Part shown: in pieces, positions 26,188-37,174 of the stretch | Numbering within the stretch: the stretch's first letter is position 1 | Layout: every line of letters begins with the position of its first letter | Virus record (IMG/VR): IMGVR_UViG_3300027792_000292 | Span: 67,127-131,126 of that record | Strand: one strand, 5' to 3' | From: a virus | Length of the DNA: 64,000 bases | The notes under the pieces: generated by a model | The model's database searches: none | What the model was told of the DNA's origin: nothing | Seen by the model: only the letters and a program-made list of their open reading frames with translations | Made by a program: the position numbers and the translations under genes

Positions 26188-26700
26188 ATGTTAAAATATA
26201 TATTGATATCATTAATCATGCTCTATTTCATAGGGTGCTCTCCCAAACAAACTATCAATGAACCGTACAGCTTCATGCCTAAGTACATGAATCTAGATAG
26301 TATAGGATTATCGCTACCCGCACTCCCGGATAGTTTAGCTAACAAAAACGCTTTGGGGTACAAAGCAAAGCCTCTCTTTGGTGGTAAATACATAGAAGGA
26401 AAAGATACTTCTATGTTGCCTCCTGGAGTCCTTATCAGTGAAAAGAATGCAGTACAATATATCTTCTATGAAGCAGCTTATAAAAGAGTCAGCCTTGAAT
26501 TAGACTATTCTAAGTTTCTATGTAAGGACTATTATGATAAGTCTTTAGCAGCTGAGAAGCTGTACCAGGGTGAAATCAAGAGGCTCAGAAAAGAAGTAAA
26601 GCGCTCTTGGGCAGAACAGAATATCCCCTACATAGCTTTCATTTGTGGTATTACTTCAGCTATTCTTACGGAATGGGCAGTTTTACATGTTTCTAAATAG
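26188..26700 (+). CDS. Lipoprotein with C-terminal TM helix
   Basis: Signal peptide ending FIG-C lipobox; C-terminal hydrophobic segment. Confidence 0.6.
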   Translation: MLKYILISLIMLYFIGCSPKQTINEPYSFMPKYMNLDSIGLSLPALPDSLANKNALGYKAKPLFGGKYIEGKDTSMLPPGVLISEKNAVQYIFYEAAYKRVSLELDYSKFLCKDYYDKSLAAEKLYQGEIKRLRKEVKRSWAEQNIPYIAFICGITSAILTEWAVLHVSK

Positions 26701-26776
26701 TGAAATTATTTCAATTTAAAAAGTTATAACCAAATAGTACATTACATAGCTATTCTTTATACAAAGAAAGGGATTT

Positions 26777-28534
26777 ATGGATACTGTAAAGAACTCCTCC
26801 TTGAATAGAACCTCTGTAGCAGATACGTTTTTTTCTCAAATAAAACAAACTTTGGATAAAAAAAGAAAGGCTGCAAAAAGGGGGAAGACCTTGGCATCCT
26901 TATTTGGCGAGCTTAGAAAAAGAGAGGATAGTGATGATGAGAAAGTAGCAGAAAACCATATTTCCCCTACTTCTAAATCAAATAAAATTTTAGCCCTTGC
27001 TAACTTTCTTCTTGAAGAATACGGCGGACCTCGATTCCTAATAGAATTAGCGGATACTGTCTTAGACTTTGCTGGTGAGCTACTTCCAGAGAAGAAAAAG
27101 TACCAATCCATTGTTGACGCTTTGAAATATACACTTCCTGGTACTATTGCTACGTATGACCTATATAAGAGGGTTAATAAGTTTCTAAATAGGCAAGATA
27201 AAAATACTACATATGATGACCAGCTATTTAAGATTCTAACGTTACTTGGTCTTTCTTTAGAGAACTATGATTACATAGCTAGTTATGATGTAGATAAAAT
27301 TGGAAGAGAGGTAGTCGCTTGGATATTGAATAAGCCTAAAACAGAAGGGTTTAAGATACTGGGGTATTTTGGGACTACACTTGAACCTATAGATCCAAAG
27401 TCTTTGGGGGAGAAGACCACTGAGGTATTCATATTAATAGAGATTGGTAATACAAAACTTGTATGGTATCTTGAGGTAAAGAACAATGACTTCGGTATTA
27501 TTTTATACCAGTCTTCTATATACGGAATAGCTGATAAGACTATATCTAAAAAGAAGACTATAGAATTTAGGATTTCTATTATAAAGGAATTTATTAAGAG
27601 TTTTGATATCAAGAACAATGTTCTGATATACAAGACCGGGTTGATACCTAGAGAAAGGATAGTTATCGAAGAGGGCATTAATCAATTTGATGTTCACGGG
27701 TTAGCTACTGAGATAAGGAAGGTTCTTGCTATAGGGAAGAAGAGAGGCTATGCTTTAGTTGGTCTCCCTGGGACAGGTAAGACTTCTATAGTGCTGAAGC
27801 TGGAGGATATGATTAGAGAATACCCCTTTATTTATTTATCTCCTTCTGAATTTGAGTATAAAGAAGAAATTAAAGAAGTTTTTTCTATTATACGTTGTAT
27901 ACAGCCTTGTATTGTAGTTCTTGAGGATTTAGATTCCTACAATTTTAAATCAAAGACAGAGAGACTAGGTATTTTCCTTAACGAAATAGACGCTGTACGT
28001 GGGGACCTGAATGTCGCTTTTATAGCATCAGTAAACGATACTAGTAATGTTCATTATTCTTTGATAAATCGTCCAGGGCGTTTTGACCAAGTTATGATGA
28101 TACATCCTCCTTTGGAACAAACTGAGGTCTATCAAATCATGAGAACAAAGTTTCATAAAGAACTAAGGCAGTTTCACAAAGAGGCATCGGAATGTTTTTT
28201 AGTATCTTGGGAGGATATTAATAAAGACCTATTACAGAAGGCACTAACTAATAGATTGACTCAAGTAGATGTATGTGATATTATTGAGAGATGCTTGCTT
28301 GAATCTACATCTATAGATAATAACCTGATAGAAAAAAGTTTGAATGCTTTGCTTTCTACTAAGAAAGCTATAAAAGAGTGCAACTTCAAGGACCAAGACC
28401 CAAATAGTGTTATTATTATTGAGGCTGAAGATAATGGTATAACTGAGGCTCCTTGTCAGGCTATAAATACAAGGGAATATGCCGAAGAACAAGCATCAGA
28501 AGAAGCAGAGATCCAATCAATTTTTAGTAAATAG
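26777..28534 (+). CDS. AAA+ ATPase
   Basis: Walker A GLPGTGKT, Walker B VVLEDLD, SRH NRPGRFD. Confidence 0.9.
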   Translation: MDTVKNSSLNRTSVADTFFSQIKQTLDKKRKAAKRGKTLASLFGELRKREDSDDEKVAENHISPTSKSNKILALANFLLEEYGGPRFLIELADTVLDFAGELLPEKKKYQSIVDALKYTLPGTIATYDLYKRVNKFLNRQDKNTTYDDQLFKILTLLGLSLENYDYIASYDVDKIGREVVAWILNKPKTEGFKILGYFGTTLEPIDPKSLGEKTTEVFILIEIGNTKLVWYLEVKNNDFGIILYQSSIYGIADKTISKKKTIEFRISIIKEFIKSFDIKNNVLIYKTGLIPRERIVIEEGINQFDVHGLATEIRKVLAIGKKRGYALVGLPGTGKTSIVLKLEDMIREYPFIYLSPSEFEYKEEIKEVFSIIRCIQPCIVVLEDLDSYNFKSKTERLGIFLNEIDAVRGDLNVAFIASVNDTSNVHYSLINRPGRFDQVMMIHPPLEQTEVYQIMRTKFHKELRQFHKEASECFLVSWEDINKDLLQKALTNRLTQVDVCDIIERCLLESTSIDNNLIEKSLNALLSTKKAIKECNFKDQDPNSVIIIEAEDNGITEAPCQAINTREYAEEQASEEAEIQSIFSK

Positions 28535-28581
28535 TCTACTGCTATTTGGAGAACTTTTGATTAACGTATATAAGAGTAAGG

Positions 28582-29451
28582 ATGGTAAAAATGAATGACA
28601 GGTTAAAACGCTATGAGTTAGTTACCGATGTGTGCCTACCTAGGCGAATACCGATAATTGCAAGATTAGATGGGAAGGCATTCCATACTTATACACAAGG
28701 AATGAAGCGTCCTTTTGATGAAGATTTTAGGAGCATAATGGAGTATACAGCATATAGATGCTGTAAGCTTGTCGAAGGCTGTAGATTTGGTTATACACAA
28801 TCAGATGAGATATCTTTGTTACTTGTAGATTATGCCACTCACGATACAGAAGCTTGGTTCGATTATAGACTATCTAAAATGATTAGCGTGCTTAGTTCCA
28901 TATGCACGGGGGCTTTCATTCAGGCTAGCTTATTAAAGATGCCCGAAGTATTTCTTAATAAAGGTCCGGCAGCATTTGATTGTCGGGTATTTTCCCTCCC
29001 TCGGGAAGAAGTTTTAGACTATTTTCTGGACAGGCAGAGGGATAGTGAGCGTAATGCTATCAATTCTTTAGCTCAGTCTCATTTCTCTCATAATGAGTTA
29101 CAGGGAAAGAACTGCAGTGAGATGCAGGATATGTTGATGCTCCAAAAGGGTGTAAACTATAATGACCTTGAAGCAAAGTACAAAAGAGGAGTAGCTTTTT
29201 ATAAGAGTAAGTTTTATGTACACAAGGTTAATGCACTTAGGACTTTGTGGGTAAAAGATTCCACTATGCCTATACTGACGCAGAATAGATACTATGTAGA
29301 ACGATGGGTAGAACCTAATCCGATAGATTATACTCCAGATATAAAAGACGTATCTATTTGTGAAGACTTGGATATGAAGAGTTTACTTAAAATAGATATG
29401 ATAGGGTCTTTAGAAGAATCAAGCACTATTGTATCAGCACAGGATAAATAA
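28582..29451 (+). CDS. tRNA(His) guanylyltransferase Thg1-like (3'-5' polymerase)
   Basis: RLDGKAFH, YTQSDEISL, FDCR, RQ.D..RN. Confidence 0.95.
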   Translation: MVKMNDRLKRYELVTDVCLPRRIPIIARLDGKAFHTYTQGMKRPFDEDFRSIMEYTAYRCCKLVEGCRFGYTQSDEISLLLVDYATHDTEAWFDYRLSKMISVLSSICTGAFIQASLLKMPEVFLNKGPAAFDCRVFSLPREEVLDYFLDRQRDSERNAINSLAQSHFSHNELQGKNCSEMQDMLMLQKGVNYNDLEAKYKRGVAFYKSKFYVHKVNALRTLWVKDSTMPILTQNRYYVERWVEPNPIDYTPDIKDVSICEDLDMKSLLKIDMIGSLEESSTIVSAQDK

Positions 29452-30107
29452 TGATAGGTTTTATTGGTGATATACACGGCAATTTTGATTTGTTGTTCGA
29501 TAGAATGGAACAGCATAAAGAAATTGATACATGGGTCCAGGTAGGAGACTTTGGAGGAGAGACTAAAATATATAAGGCTTCTCCTAAACCTATTTATTTT
29601 ATTTCAGGTAATCATGAGAACTGGGATGAGATAGAAAAGATGGATAATGGTAATTATCTTAATAATTTATATCATATTAAAAATGGTGGGTATGTAGATG
29701 TAGGCCCCTGCGGTATTAGAGTACTTGGGTTAGGAGGAAACTATTCACCTTCCTACTACGACAAAAAGCGAAAAGACTTATGTGGCGAACGAAGAAGGCA
29801 TTTTGTAAAAGAAGACTTTGATAAAGTGAAAGATTTGATTGTCAACTTAGATAGAGGTATAGATATATTGATTACTCATGAAGCTCCATCTCCTTATATA
29901 AAGGGGGAGGGAAAGAGAAACATGGGACAACCACTTATAAATGAACTAATTAATATAGTTAAACCTAAAATGTACTTCTTTGGGCATCACCACTATGATT
30001 CTATTACAGAATACGAAGGAGTACCCAGTATCGGGCTGGGATTTGGTTTTAAAACATTTATAAAGTTTGATCCTGTAGAGTTTTCGATTAAAAGAATATC
30101 AATATAA
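29451..30107 (+). CDS. Calcineurin-like metallophosphoesterase
   Basis: GDIHG, VGDFG, GNHE, ITHEAP, FGHHH. Confidence 0.9.
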   Translation: MIGFIGDIHGNFDLLFDRMEQHKEIDTWVQVGDFGGETKIYKASPKPIYFISGNHENWDEIEKMDNGNYLNNLYHIKNGGYVDVGPCGIRVLGLGGNYSPSYYDKKRKDLCGERRRHFVKEDFDKVKDLIVNLDRGIDILITHEAPSPYIKGEGKRNMGQPLINELINIVKPKMYFFGHHHYDSITEYEGVPSIGLGFGFKTFIKFDPVEFSIKRISI

Positions 30108-30140
30108 TAATTCATTAATATCAAAAACTAAGGAGATAAG

Positions 30141-31055
30141 ATGCTATATAGAAAATTTAGAGTTGCCGTAATAAACTCCACGTTGCCTGACCCGTATCTT
30201 TCATATGGTGATCATTGGCGTGACGGATTTATAGATTTAGGTTGTGATGTAGAAGTCATACCGTATGATAAGATAGACCATATACCTCCGAAGTTCGACC
30301 TCTACTTTTTTGTAGAGATTAGATATAATGCAAAAACGATACCTTGGTATTTATATCCTAGGGTATTATATTCATGGGATTCTCATATAGTAGGCCCAGA
30401 CATTTATGAATCGATAGCTAATTGCTTTGATCGTATTTTTCTGGCAAGTAAAGTTGATGTGCAAACACTAAGGGAGAAAGTTAAAGGCGATGCCTTCAGA
30501 TTTGAATGGCTACCAGAGGCGGGTAATCCTCGTGTCCATAGAGACATAGTTAATGTTTTTGATAGACCCTATGATTTGGGTTTTGTGGGAAACTATAATA
30601 GGACACTGAAAAGAAAGAATTTCAGCCGGGATGAGTTTAACGACTTTCTAACAATCAACTATAAGTTTCTTCGAGCCTGTACTATTTATGGAGATAAGTA
30701 TAATGAAGCACAGAATAGGATCAAAATAATGTTTGATAGACCAGTTACGCATAATTTGGGTACTCGTATTTTTGAATCCGCTTGTGCTGGGTGCGTGCCT
30801 CTATATCCAAGAACAGAAATAGACAATGGGTTGGACTCCTTGTTTACTGAGAACGTGCATTATGCTTCTTATGACGATACCGTTGAGGGTATGCACAGAA
30901 TTATTCAGGACTTATTAAAGGACCCTATGAGTATAAAGATGATTGCTGACTCAGCTAAGAAGCATGTACTAGAGAACCATACGTATTCTCATAGGGCCAT
31001 GCAAGTAATAAGAAACCTGGGTATTAGTGACGTTGCTATATTGGATAAAGTGTAA
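30141..31055 (+). CDS. Glycosyltransferase (GT-B, CgeB/Glyco_trans_1_2-like)
   Basis: FVGN, RIFESACAG, HTYSHRA. Confidence 0.8.
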   Translation: MLYRKFRVAVINSTLPDPYLSYGDHWRDGFIDLGCDVEVIPYDKIDHIPPKFDLYFFVEIRYNAKTIPWYLYPRVLYSWDSHIVGPDIYESIANCFDRIFLASKVDVQTLREKVKGDAFRFEWLPEAGNPRVHRDIVNVFDRPYDLGFVGNYNRTLKRKNFSRDEFNDFLTINYKFLRACTIYGDKYNEAQNRIKIMFDRPVTHNLGTRIFESACAGCVPLYPRTEIDNGLDSLFTENVHYASYDDTVEGMHRIIQDLLKDPMSIKMIADSAKKHVLENHTYSHRAMQVIRNLGISDVAILDKV

Positions 31056-31074
31056 AAATGGAGTATGCATATAT

Positions 31075-31821
31075 ATGACTATAACTAAAAAAGTTCAGAT
31101 ATTTATGACTAGCTGGAATCGTATAGAATTTACCTTAAAATCTATAAATTTAATACATGAACGAACAGAGCCTGGGACTTTTGAGATTGTAGTATATGAT
31201 AATGGTAGCTCTATAAATGTTCAGGACCGACTTTATGCTTTATTGGGTATGGGTAAAATCTCTACATTAATATTAGATTCTCGTAATACTGGATGTCTTT
31301 ATAATAAACTAGTCTTTAATTCTATGGTTGAGTCAGATAATGATTATTTTTGCATTACAGATAATGACATCTTTCCTCCAAAGCTATCTCCCTCGTGGCT
31401 TAGTAGAATGCTTACTATAATGGATATGCACCCTGAGGTGGCTATGCTATCTCCTCAGCTCCCTCCTCAAGCCCTTCAAACACCTTATCAGATATTAGAT
31501 GATATCGTGTATTGCAAAGCGATAGGCAATACCCTAAAAGTCTGTAGAAGAGAGGCTATGGTTAAAATTATAAATAAGATAGAACAAAAATTGGGGGCCT
31601 ACGGTGATGACGGGTTAGTTAGTGAGCTATTAGAGAAAGAAGGGTATAAAATTGCTTTCTGTAAAGATATCTATTGTTGGCATGCTGGGCAATGCTTAAA
31701 CTGGGGGTATAAACCTGAAGAAGTGAACCAAGACCCCCGTAAGTCAGGGTATGGACAGCCTTTTTCTTATAGTCTTGCTAATGAGGGTACTTTTGAGCCC
31801 GAAGCTAAATGGAAAATATAA
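31075..31821 (+). CDS. Glycosyltransferase family 2
   Basis: YDNGS, TDND, GDD. Confidence 0.8.
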   Translation: MTITKKVQIFMTSWNRIEFTLKSINLIHERTEPGTFEIVVYDNGSSINVQDRLYALLGMGKISTLILDSRNTGCLYNKLVFNSMVESDNDYFCITDNDIFPPKLSPSWLSRMLTIMDMHPEVAMLSPQLPPQALQTPYQILDDIVYCKAIGNTLKVCRREAMVKIINKIEQKLGAYGDDGLVSELLEKEGYKIAFCKDIYCWHAGQCLNWGYKPEEVNQDPRKSGYGQPFSYSLANEGTFEPEAKWKI

Positions 31822-31887
31822 CAATAACATGAAGTACGAGAAGAGCTAATTTTGGCTCTTCCTTTTTAAATAGATAGGATAGTTTGT

Positions 31888-32166
31888 ATGATTCAGGTCT
31901 CTCTTAGTTTGGGTATAAACCCTAAACTTCCTAATGGACGGTATATTTTAGGCCCAAAGACTATTTGGATAGTTAATGGGATGCTACACAGAGAACAAGG
32001 TCCCGCTGAAATCCATAGAGATGGCTATAAAGCATGGTTCAAAAATGGAAAGCTTCATCGGGTTGGTGGTCCTGCGGTTCAGTACCCAAATGGGGACATA
32101 GAGTATTGGGCGGAAGGGAAGCTATTAAGTGTCCAAAAAGGAGCTAAGAGAGACGACATGCCTTAG
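31888..32166 (+). CDS. LHRxxGPA-repeat protein
   Basis: NGMLHREQGPA / NGKLHRVGGPA repeats. Confidence 0.7.
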   Translation: MIQVSLSLGINPKLPNGRYILGPKTIWIVNGMLHREQGPAEIHRDGYKAWFKNGKLHRVGGPAVQYPNGDIEYWAEGKLLSVQKGAKRDDMP

Positions 32167-32180
32167 TGAGAGGAGCTATT

Positions 32181-32966
32181 ATGGTTAAATTGAATTCTAA
32201 GGTCACCAGTGTGACCTCATATGTGAAGAAGATTAGTTTAGTAAAGTGGTCGGTACTAATAACATGTACGGTGATCACAATATCAGTATCGATGTTGACG
32301 GTTCAGTTTTATAAGCATCTACAGAACCAAATACATCAGATATCAAGAACTCAGGAAGAGCAAAGACAAAAGCAAACAGAAACTAATCAATTTCTTTTAT
32401 CTACAGTTGATTGGGCATCTAAGAGACAAAAGTTAATTTTGTTTATGACAAAACAAATAACCTACGAATGGGAAAAAGCAAGGATAAAACCAGAGGTTGG
32501 GCTAGCATATAATATGGCGGAAGCAATTGAGTATGAAGCAGAGAAGTACCCCACGATAGATCCTTTATTTATGTTCGCTTTAAGTGGCGTAGAATCAACA
32601 TTTAATAGGGGGGCTTTAAGTAAAGCAGGGGCAATAGGGTTATTCCAGATTATGCCTGCAACAGGGAGACTTTTGTGCGAAAGCTTTAACATGACTTATC
32701 GTGATACCTTATTATATAACTTTCGTATAAATGCTAAGCTTGCAGCTAAATTATTAGACGTTTTATATGCTCAGTATTCATCCAGTAGTATGGTACTAGC
32801 AGCGTATAATGGGGGGCCTTATCAGGCATATTACTACCAGAGCTACAAAGACAAGTTATCAGAGGAAACAAAAGCCTTTGTACCATCGGTAGAAAAAAAG
32901 TATGAGGTATATAAAAAGCTATTTAGTGCCTATAAGGTAGATTCTACTTTGATATCCTCAAAATAA
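32181..32966 (+). CDS. Lytic transglycosylase (SLT) with N-terminal TM anchor
   Basis: VES.FN..A.S.AGAIGLFQIMP.T, LAAYNGG, ET..FV. Confidence 0.9.
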   Translation: MVKLNSKVTSVTSYVKKISLVKWSVLITCTVITISVSMLTVQFYKHLQNQIHQISRTQEEQRQKQTETNQFLLSTVDWASKRQKLILFMTKQITYEWEKARIKPEVGLAYNMAEAIEYEAEKYPTIDPLFMFALSGVESTFNRGALSKAGAIGLFQIMPATGRLLCESFNMTYRDTLLYNFRINAKLAAKLLDVLYAQYSSSSMVLAAYNGGPYQAYYYQSYKDKLSEETKAFVPSVEKKYEVYKKLFSAYKVDSTLISSK

Positions 32967-33024
32967 GATAAGTATGAGGGGCATAAGCCCCTCTTTATAG
33001 ATTATAAAATAAAGGAGAGATAAT

Positions 33025-33630
33025 ATGTTTATAGTGTTTGAAGGAATTGATGGCAGCGGTAAAAGCACACTATCAGTTAAATTCGCGGAGTATCTCAATA
33101 ACAAATACCGGGATGAGTTTGGACTCCTTAAAATAGATCCCCATCTTGGTGATTTTGTTTGGACGAAAGAACCTCTTTTCACAACAGAGGAGGCTGATCG
33201 TCTGAATTCCCCGGAGTACAAAAATCAGTATAAACGAGAAGCTTTATTTTTCGAGTCCAGGTTGAACCATCAGGAGACAATAGCAGGTAAAAATGTTATA
33301 TGTGACCGTTATATATGGACTGGATTAGCATACTCAACTTTGTTTTCGCCAGCCTGCCTTGGTTTTGCTACAGAACTATACCTTGACACTTCAATCTTTA
33401 TCCAGCCTGACTTGTATATCTTTGTAGATACTCCAGTAGAAGTATGCTATACTCGTAGAGATTCTGAAGTCCCGAAAGATAGATTGGATGGTATACGGAA
33501 TGCCTATCTTGCAACTAAAGGGCTGCTTAAATCTCCAGTTCTAACTGTGAGTAATGAGTATGAGGAGAACGTATCTTTTCAGAAGCTTGTAGAAAGCTTC
33601 GACCTCTTTATTAAAAATCGTATTGAGTGA
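33025..33630 (+). CDS. tmk: Thymidylate kinase
   Basis: FEGIDGSGKST, KEP, ICDRY, PDL. Confidence 0.9.
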   Translation: MFIVFEGIDGSGKSTLSVKFAEYLNNKYRDEFGLLKIDPHLGDFVWTKEPLFTTEEADRLNSPEYKNQYKREALFFESRLNHQETIAGKNVICDRYIWTGLAYSTLFSPACLGFATELYLDTSIFIQPDLYIFVDTPVEVCYTRRDSEVPKDRLDGIRNAYLATKGLLKSPVLTVSNEYEENVSFQKLVESFDLFIKNRIE

Positions 33631-33636
33631 GGTACT

Positions 33637-35643
33637 ATGAAAAAGTACATAGTAGATAAAGTAAAAATTATTTATAATAATATTAATAGTAATACTATTC
33701 CTCTTAGTTTGAGAGATGAGCTGGCTTTAAATATTGAAGTAGATGATAAGGCTACGTTAGAATACATAGACTTATTATTTGCAACATATAAAAGACAGCA
33801 TGAAGGGACTCTTTTAATAAAGGTAGCAATAGAAGAGAGATTTATTGAGTTTGCTATAGACCTCCTTCAAATAAAAGATAATGCTCCTATACGTTTATCA
33901 TTTGATGAAAAAGTTACTATACATAAAACACTGACGATATATTTTGATATAAAGTATGCACAGGGATACGGGCCTATTGCTCTTTGGATGAATACTGCAG
34001 GACCCTGTATTAAATTAGCAGCTAAAGTTAAAGAAGAAATTTCAATAGAGAATCGTCCTCTGATAAGTGTTCTTGTTCCAGTATATAAGCCAGATTTGAA
34101 GCACTTGAGAGAAACTGTAAAATCGGTAATGTCTCAAGTGTATGATAACTGGGAATTATGCCTTGTTGATGATGGCTCAAATGATATGTCAATAGGGTCT
34201 TATCTTGAAAAGATTAACAATGACTCCAGAATCAAAGTAAAAATAAACTCTGAGAACCGAGGGATATCAAGTACCTCCGCAGAAGCTCTTAAAATGGCAA
34301 CTGGGGAATTTGTCTCTTTTTTAGACCATGATGATTTATTGGAACCAGATGCACTTTTAGAAGTCGTCAAATCTATAAATGAAAATCCTACAGCAAAGCT
34401 AATATATACAGATGAGGATAAAGTTCAAGGTAAAGATACTTTTGTACAGCCCTTCTATAAGCCTGACTGGTCTCTTGATATGCTCCTCTCTCAGAATTAT
34501 ATATGTCACTTAGCTACATATAAAAAGAGCGCTATAGAAAATATTGGTGGTTTTACGGGCCTTTATGAGGGATCTCAGGATTACGGGCTGGCTTTGAGAG
34601 TAACGGACACAATAGATGAGAAAGATATAGTACATATACCGAAGATTCTTTATCATTGGAGGATCGTAGATGGATCAGCGGCAGGTAACATCAATAGCAA
34701 GCCCTATGCACATATTAGTGCTTTGAAAGCAATAAGTCGTAGGATAAATGCAAAGAATAAAGGATGTGTATATAGTGGTATCTTTCCAGGGACATATAGA
34801 GTAAACTACCTAAATACAGGTAACAGAAAAATTCAGATTATTATACCTACTAAGAACAATTATAGTTATTTAGAATCTTGTTTATTTTCTGTTAGACAAT
34901 CACAGTATCCAAACTACCATATTACTGTGATAGATAATGATAATAATGAAGAAATTAGAGAATATCTTAAATCTTTGGAGGCATCCTCATACCCTTTAAT
35001 TGATATCGTTAGATATGATAAGCCATTCAATTTTTCAGATATGAATAACTGTGCTGTGGATGACTCCTATGACTTACTTCTTTTTCTTAATGACGATACG
35101 GAGGTGATAACATCAGATTGGTTGGAGCAACTCTCACAGCATATTGGTAAGAATGGGGTTGTAGCAAGCGGTGCTAAGCTATTATACCGGAACGGGACGA
35201 TACAGCACGCAGGAGTTGTAATTGGAATAGGTGGAATAAATGGGGTTGCAGGGCATTCACATAAATACTTAGATAATGGACATCCAGGGTATTTTTCAAG
35301 ACCGCACATAACTCATAATGTAAGCGCAGTAACCGGGGCTTGTATGATGGTAGATAGAAAAGTATTTAGAGAAGTGGGGGGTTTTGACACAAATCTTCCA
35401 AAAGCATTTAATGATGTGGATTTATGTCTTAAGCTTAGAAAAAAAGGTCATAAGATAGTCTACAACCCACATGCTATTTTATACCATTATGAATCTGTAT
35501 CAAGAGGGTTAGATAATTATAAAGACCCAGATTTTGCTAAATCTGTCCAATACATGCAAAATAAATGGGATTGCCAGAATTATAAAGACCCCTATTATAA
35601 TCCAAACCTAACATTACAGCATGAAGACTTTTCAATAAGGTGA
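33637..35643 (+). CDS. Two-domain GT2 glycosyltransferase
   Basis: ISVLVPVY...DDGS...LDHDD...YTDED; second domain FNFS..NN...LNDD...SAVTGAC...NDVD. Confidence 0.9.
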   Translation: MKKYIVDKVKIIYNNINSNTIPLSLRDELALNIEVDDKATLEYIDLLFATYKRQHEGTLLIKVAIEERFIEFAIDLLQIKDNAPIRLSFDEKVTIHKTLTIYFDIKYAQGYGPIALWMNTAGPCIKLAAKVKEEISIENRPLISVLVPVYKPDLKHLRETVKSVMSQVYDNWELCLVDDGSNDMSIGSYLEKINNDSRIKVKINSENRGISSTSAEALKMATGEFVSFLDHDDLLEPDALLEVVKSINENPTAKLIYTDEDKVQGKDTFVQPFYKPDWSLDMLLSQNYICHLATYKKSAIENIGGFTGLYEGSQDYGLALRVTDTIDEKDIVHIPKILYHWRIVDGSAAGNINSKPYAHISALKAISRRINAKNKGCVYSGIFPGTYRVNYLNTGNRKIQIIIPTKNNYSYLESCLFSVRQSQYPNYHITVIDNDNNEEIREYLKSLEASSYPLIDIVRYDKPFNFSDMNNCAVDDSYDLLLFLNDDTEVITSDWLEQLSQHIGKNGVVASGAKLLYRNGTIQHAGVVIGIGGINGVAGHSHKYLDNGHPGYFSRPHITHNVSAVTGACMMVDRKVFREVGGFDTNLPKAFNDVDLCLKLRKKGHKIVYNPHAILYHYESVSRGLDNYKDPDFAKSVQYMQNKWDCQNYKDPYYNPNLTLQHEDFSIR

Positions 35644-35646
35644 GGT

Positions 35647-36393
35647 ATGATTAAGAAAAAAGTTGGCATATTTATCCCAGTATATCATAGAGCTAATAAA
35701 GTAAAAGATAGTTTAAATAGTTTGTTACTAACTAATATTAAAAATATTGAGTTATTTATTTATGTTGGAGTAAACGGCGCTTCCCCTGACCTAATGGAGT
35801 ATATAGATAGTATTAAACAGGATTTTGTTAATAAAGATATACAGTATGAGGTATTTAAGAGCAAAACCAATATCGGTAAACCAAAGATAATTAATATTAT
35901 GGTTGAGTGTATAGCTGTAGAGATAGATTATGTAATTAGTTTTGATTCTGATATGATAGTGACCGACCCAGATTGGGTACTTAAGTTCATAGAGGTATTT
36001 GAAACCTATATAGGAGATAAGAAAATAGGGGCATTATGTTCTCAACAAACTGGTAACTGTTGCCACGTTTTGGACAAAGATCCTTTTGAAATTAAAGTAG
36101 GAGAGTTTACCCTTCGATATCGGCACGGAAATGAGGGCAGCGCTGGAGGTGTGTTAATAACACAATTTACTACATGGGATATGCTTAACGGATATAGAGC
36201 TTTTTCTAAATATGGATCTGACGACGGGCATATGGCATTAGATCTTTCTAATAATGATTTAATAATGCCTGTCGTATTAGAAATTGAATTATTTCACCCT
36301 TTTGAGGAGAACTCTGGATATGCTGATTGGAAAGTGCGGGCCTGTAGAGGTCAGTTAAAGCCCGAAGAATTGGATGGCTATTTTTTTACTTAG
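35647..36393 (+). CDS. GT2-like glycosyltransferase
   Basis: IFIPVY, NIGK, FDSD, YGSDD. Confidence 0.75.
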   Translation: MIKKKVGIFIPVYHRANKVKDSLNSLLLTNIKNIELFIYVGVNGASPDLMEYIDSIKQDFVNKDIQYEVFKSKTNIGKPKIINIMVECIAVEIDYVISFDSDMIVTDPDWVLKFIEVFETYIGDKKIGALCSQQTGNCCHVLDKDPFEIKVGEFTLRYRHGNEGSAGGVLITQFTTWDMLNGYRAFSKYGSDDGHMALDLSNNDLIMPVVLEIELFHPFEENSGYADWKVRACRGQLKPEELDGYFFT

Positions 36394-36457
36394 TCCTTTA
36401 AAAAAGTATTTCCATTTATTACATTATCACACACTTAAATATAATAGGAGATCTTAT

Positions 36458-37174
36458 ATGGGTTTTTATAATCGAATTAATCTTCTCATTCCAACCTACC
36501 GCAGAATCAAGTGTGGTCGTTTCTTGAAATTTATTCGGTCTGCTATAGCTCAGGCAGACGATATAAAAAATATCTGCGTAACTATCCTTATTAATGAGGA
36601 TGATGAAGAATCTCAAGAATACTTCAAAAATCCTGTAGACATTACCTGCGATTATCATGTCCTAACTACAAATACATTCCCACCCAGTCTTGCTAAGTTT
36701 TTCAATCAACTATATGACCAAACAAAATTTAACAGTCCTCAAATCCTGGTATCTATGGTAGGTGATGATATGGTATTCACTACCAAAGGGTACGATACAG
36801 CAATTCTGAACAAGATTAATGAGATAGATGGAGTTGGTATGGTGTACTGCGATGATGACTACTGCCAACATGACAATCTCTGTGTGAATCTATTTACCAC
36901 AAGAAAACTTATAGCAGCAACGGGAAAGCCCTTCATGTGCGAACTCTTCCCCGTGGATTTCATAGATACTGTTTGGATGAACCTGGTAAGAAGAATGGGA
37001 TTATGTCATTATTTGGGTGATGTTAAAATAAAACACGAGCACTCACCTAACACTGATACTTGGCAACGCCTAAGAAACTTTTATTTTGAGGCAGCACAGA
37101 ACGTTCATCTATTAAATGGGTATGTAGATGAGATGTGTAATAATGTAATTAGAAGTGGAATAATGGTAAGGTAG
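36458..37174 (+). CDS. GT-A fold glycosyltransferase
   Basis: LLIPT, GDD, H.H. Confidence 0.7.
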   Translation: MGFYNRINLLIPTYRRIKCGRFLKFIRSAIAQADDIKNICVTILINEDDEESQEYFKNPVDITCDYHVLTTNTFPPSLAKFFNQLYDQTKFNSPQILVSMVGDDMVFTTKGYDTAILNKINEIDGVGMVYCDDDYCQHDNLCVNLFTTRKLIAATGKPFMCELFPVDFIDTVWMNLVRRMGLCHYLGDVKIKHEHSPNTDTWQRLRNFYFEAAQNVHLLNGYVDEMCNNVIRSGIMVR

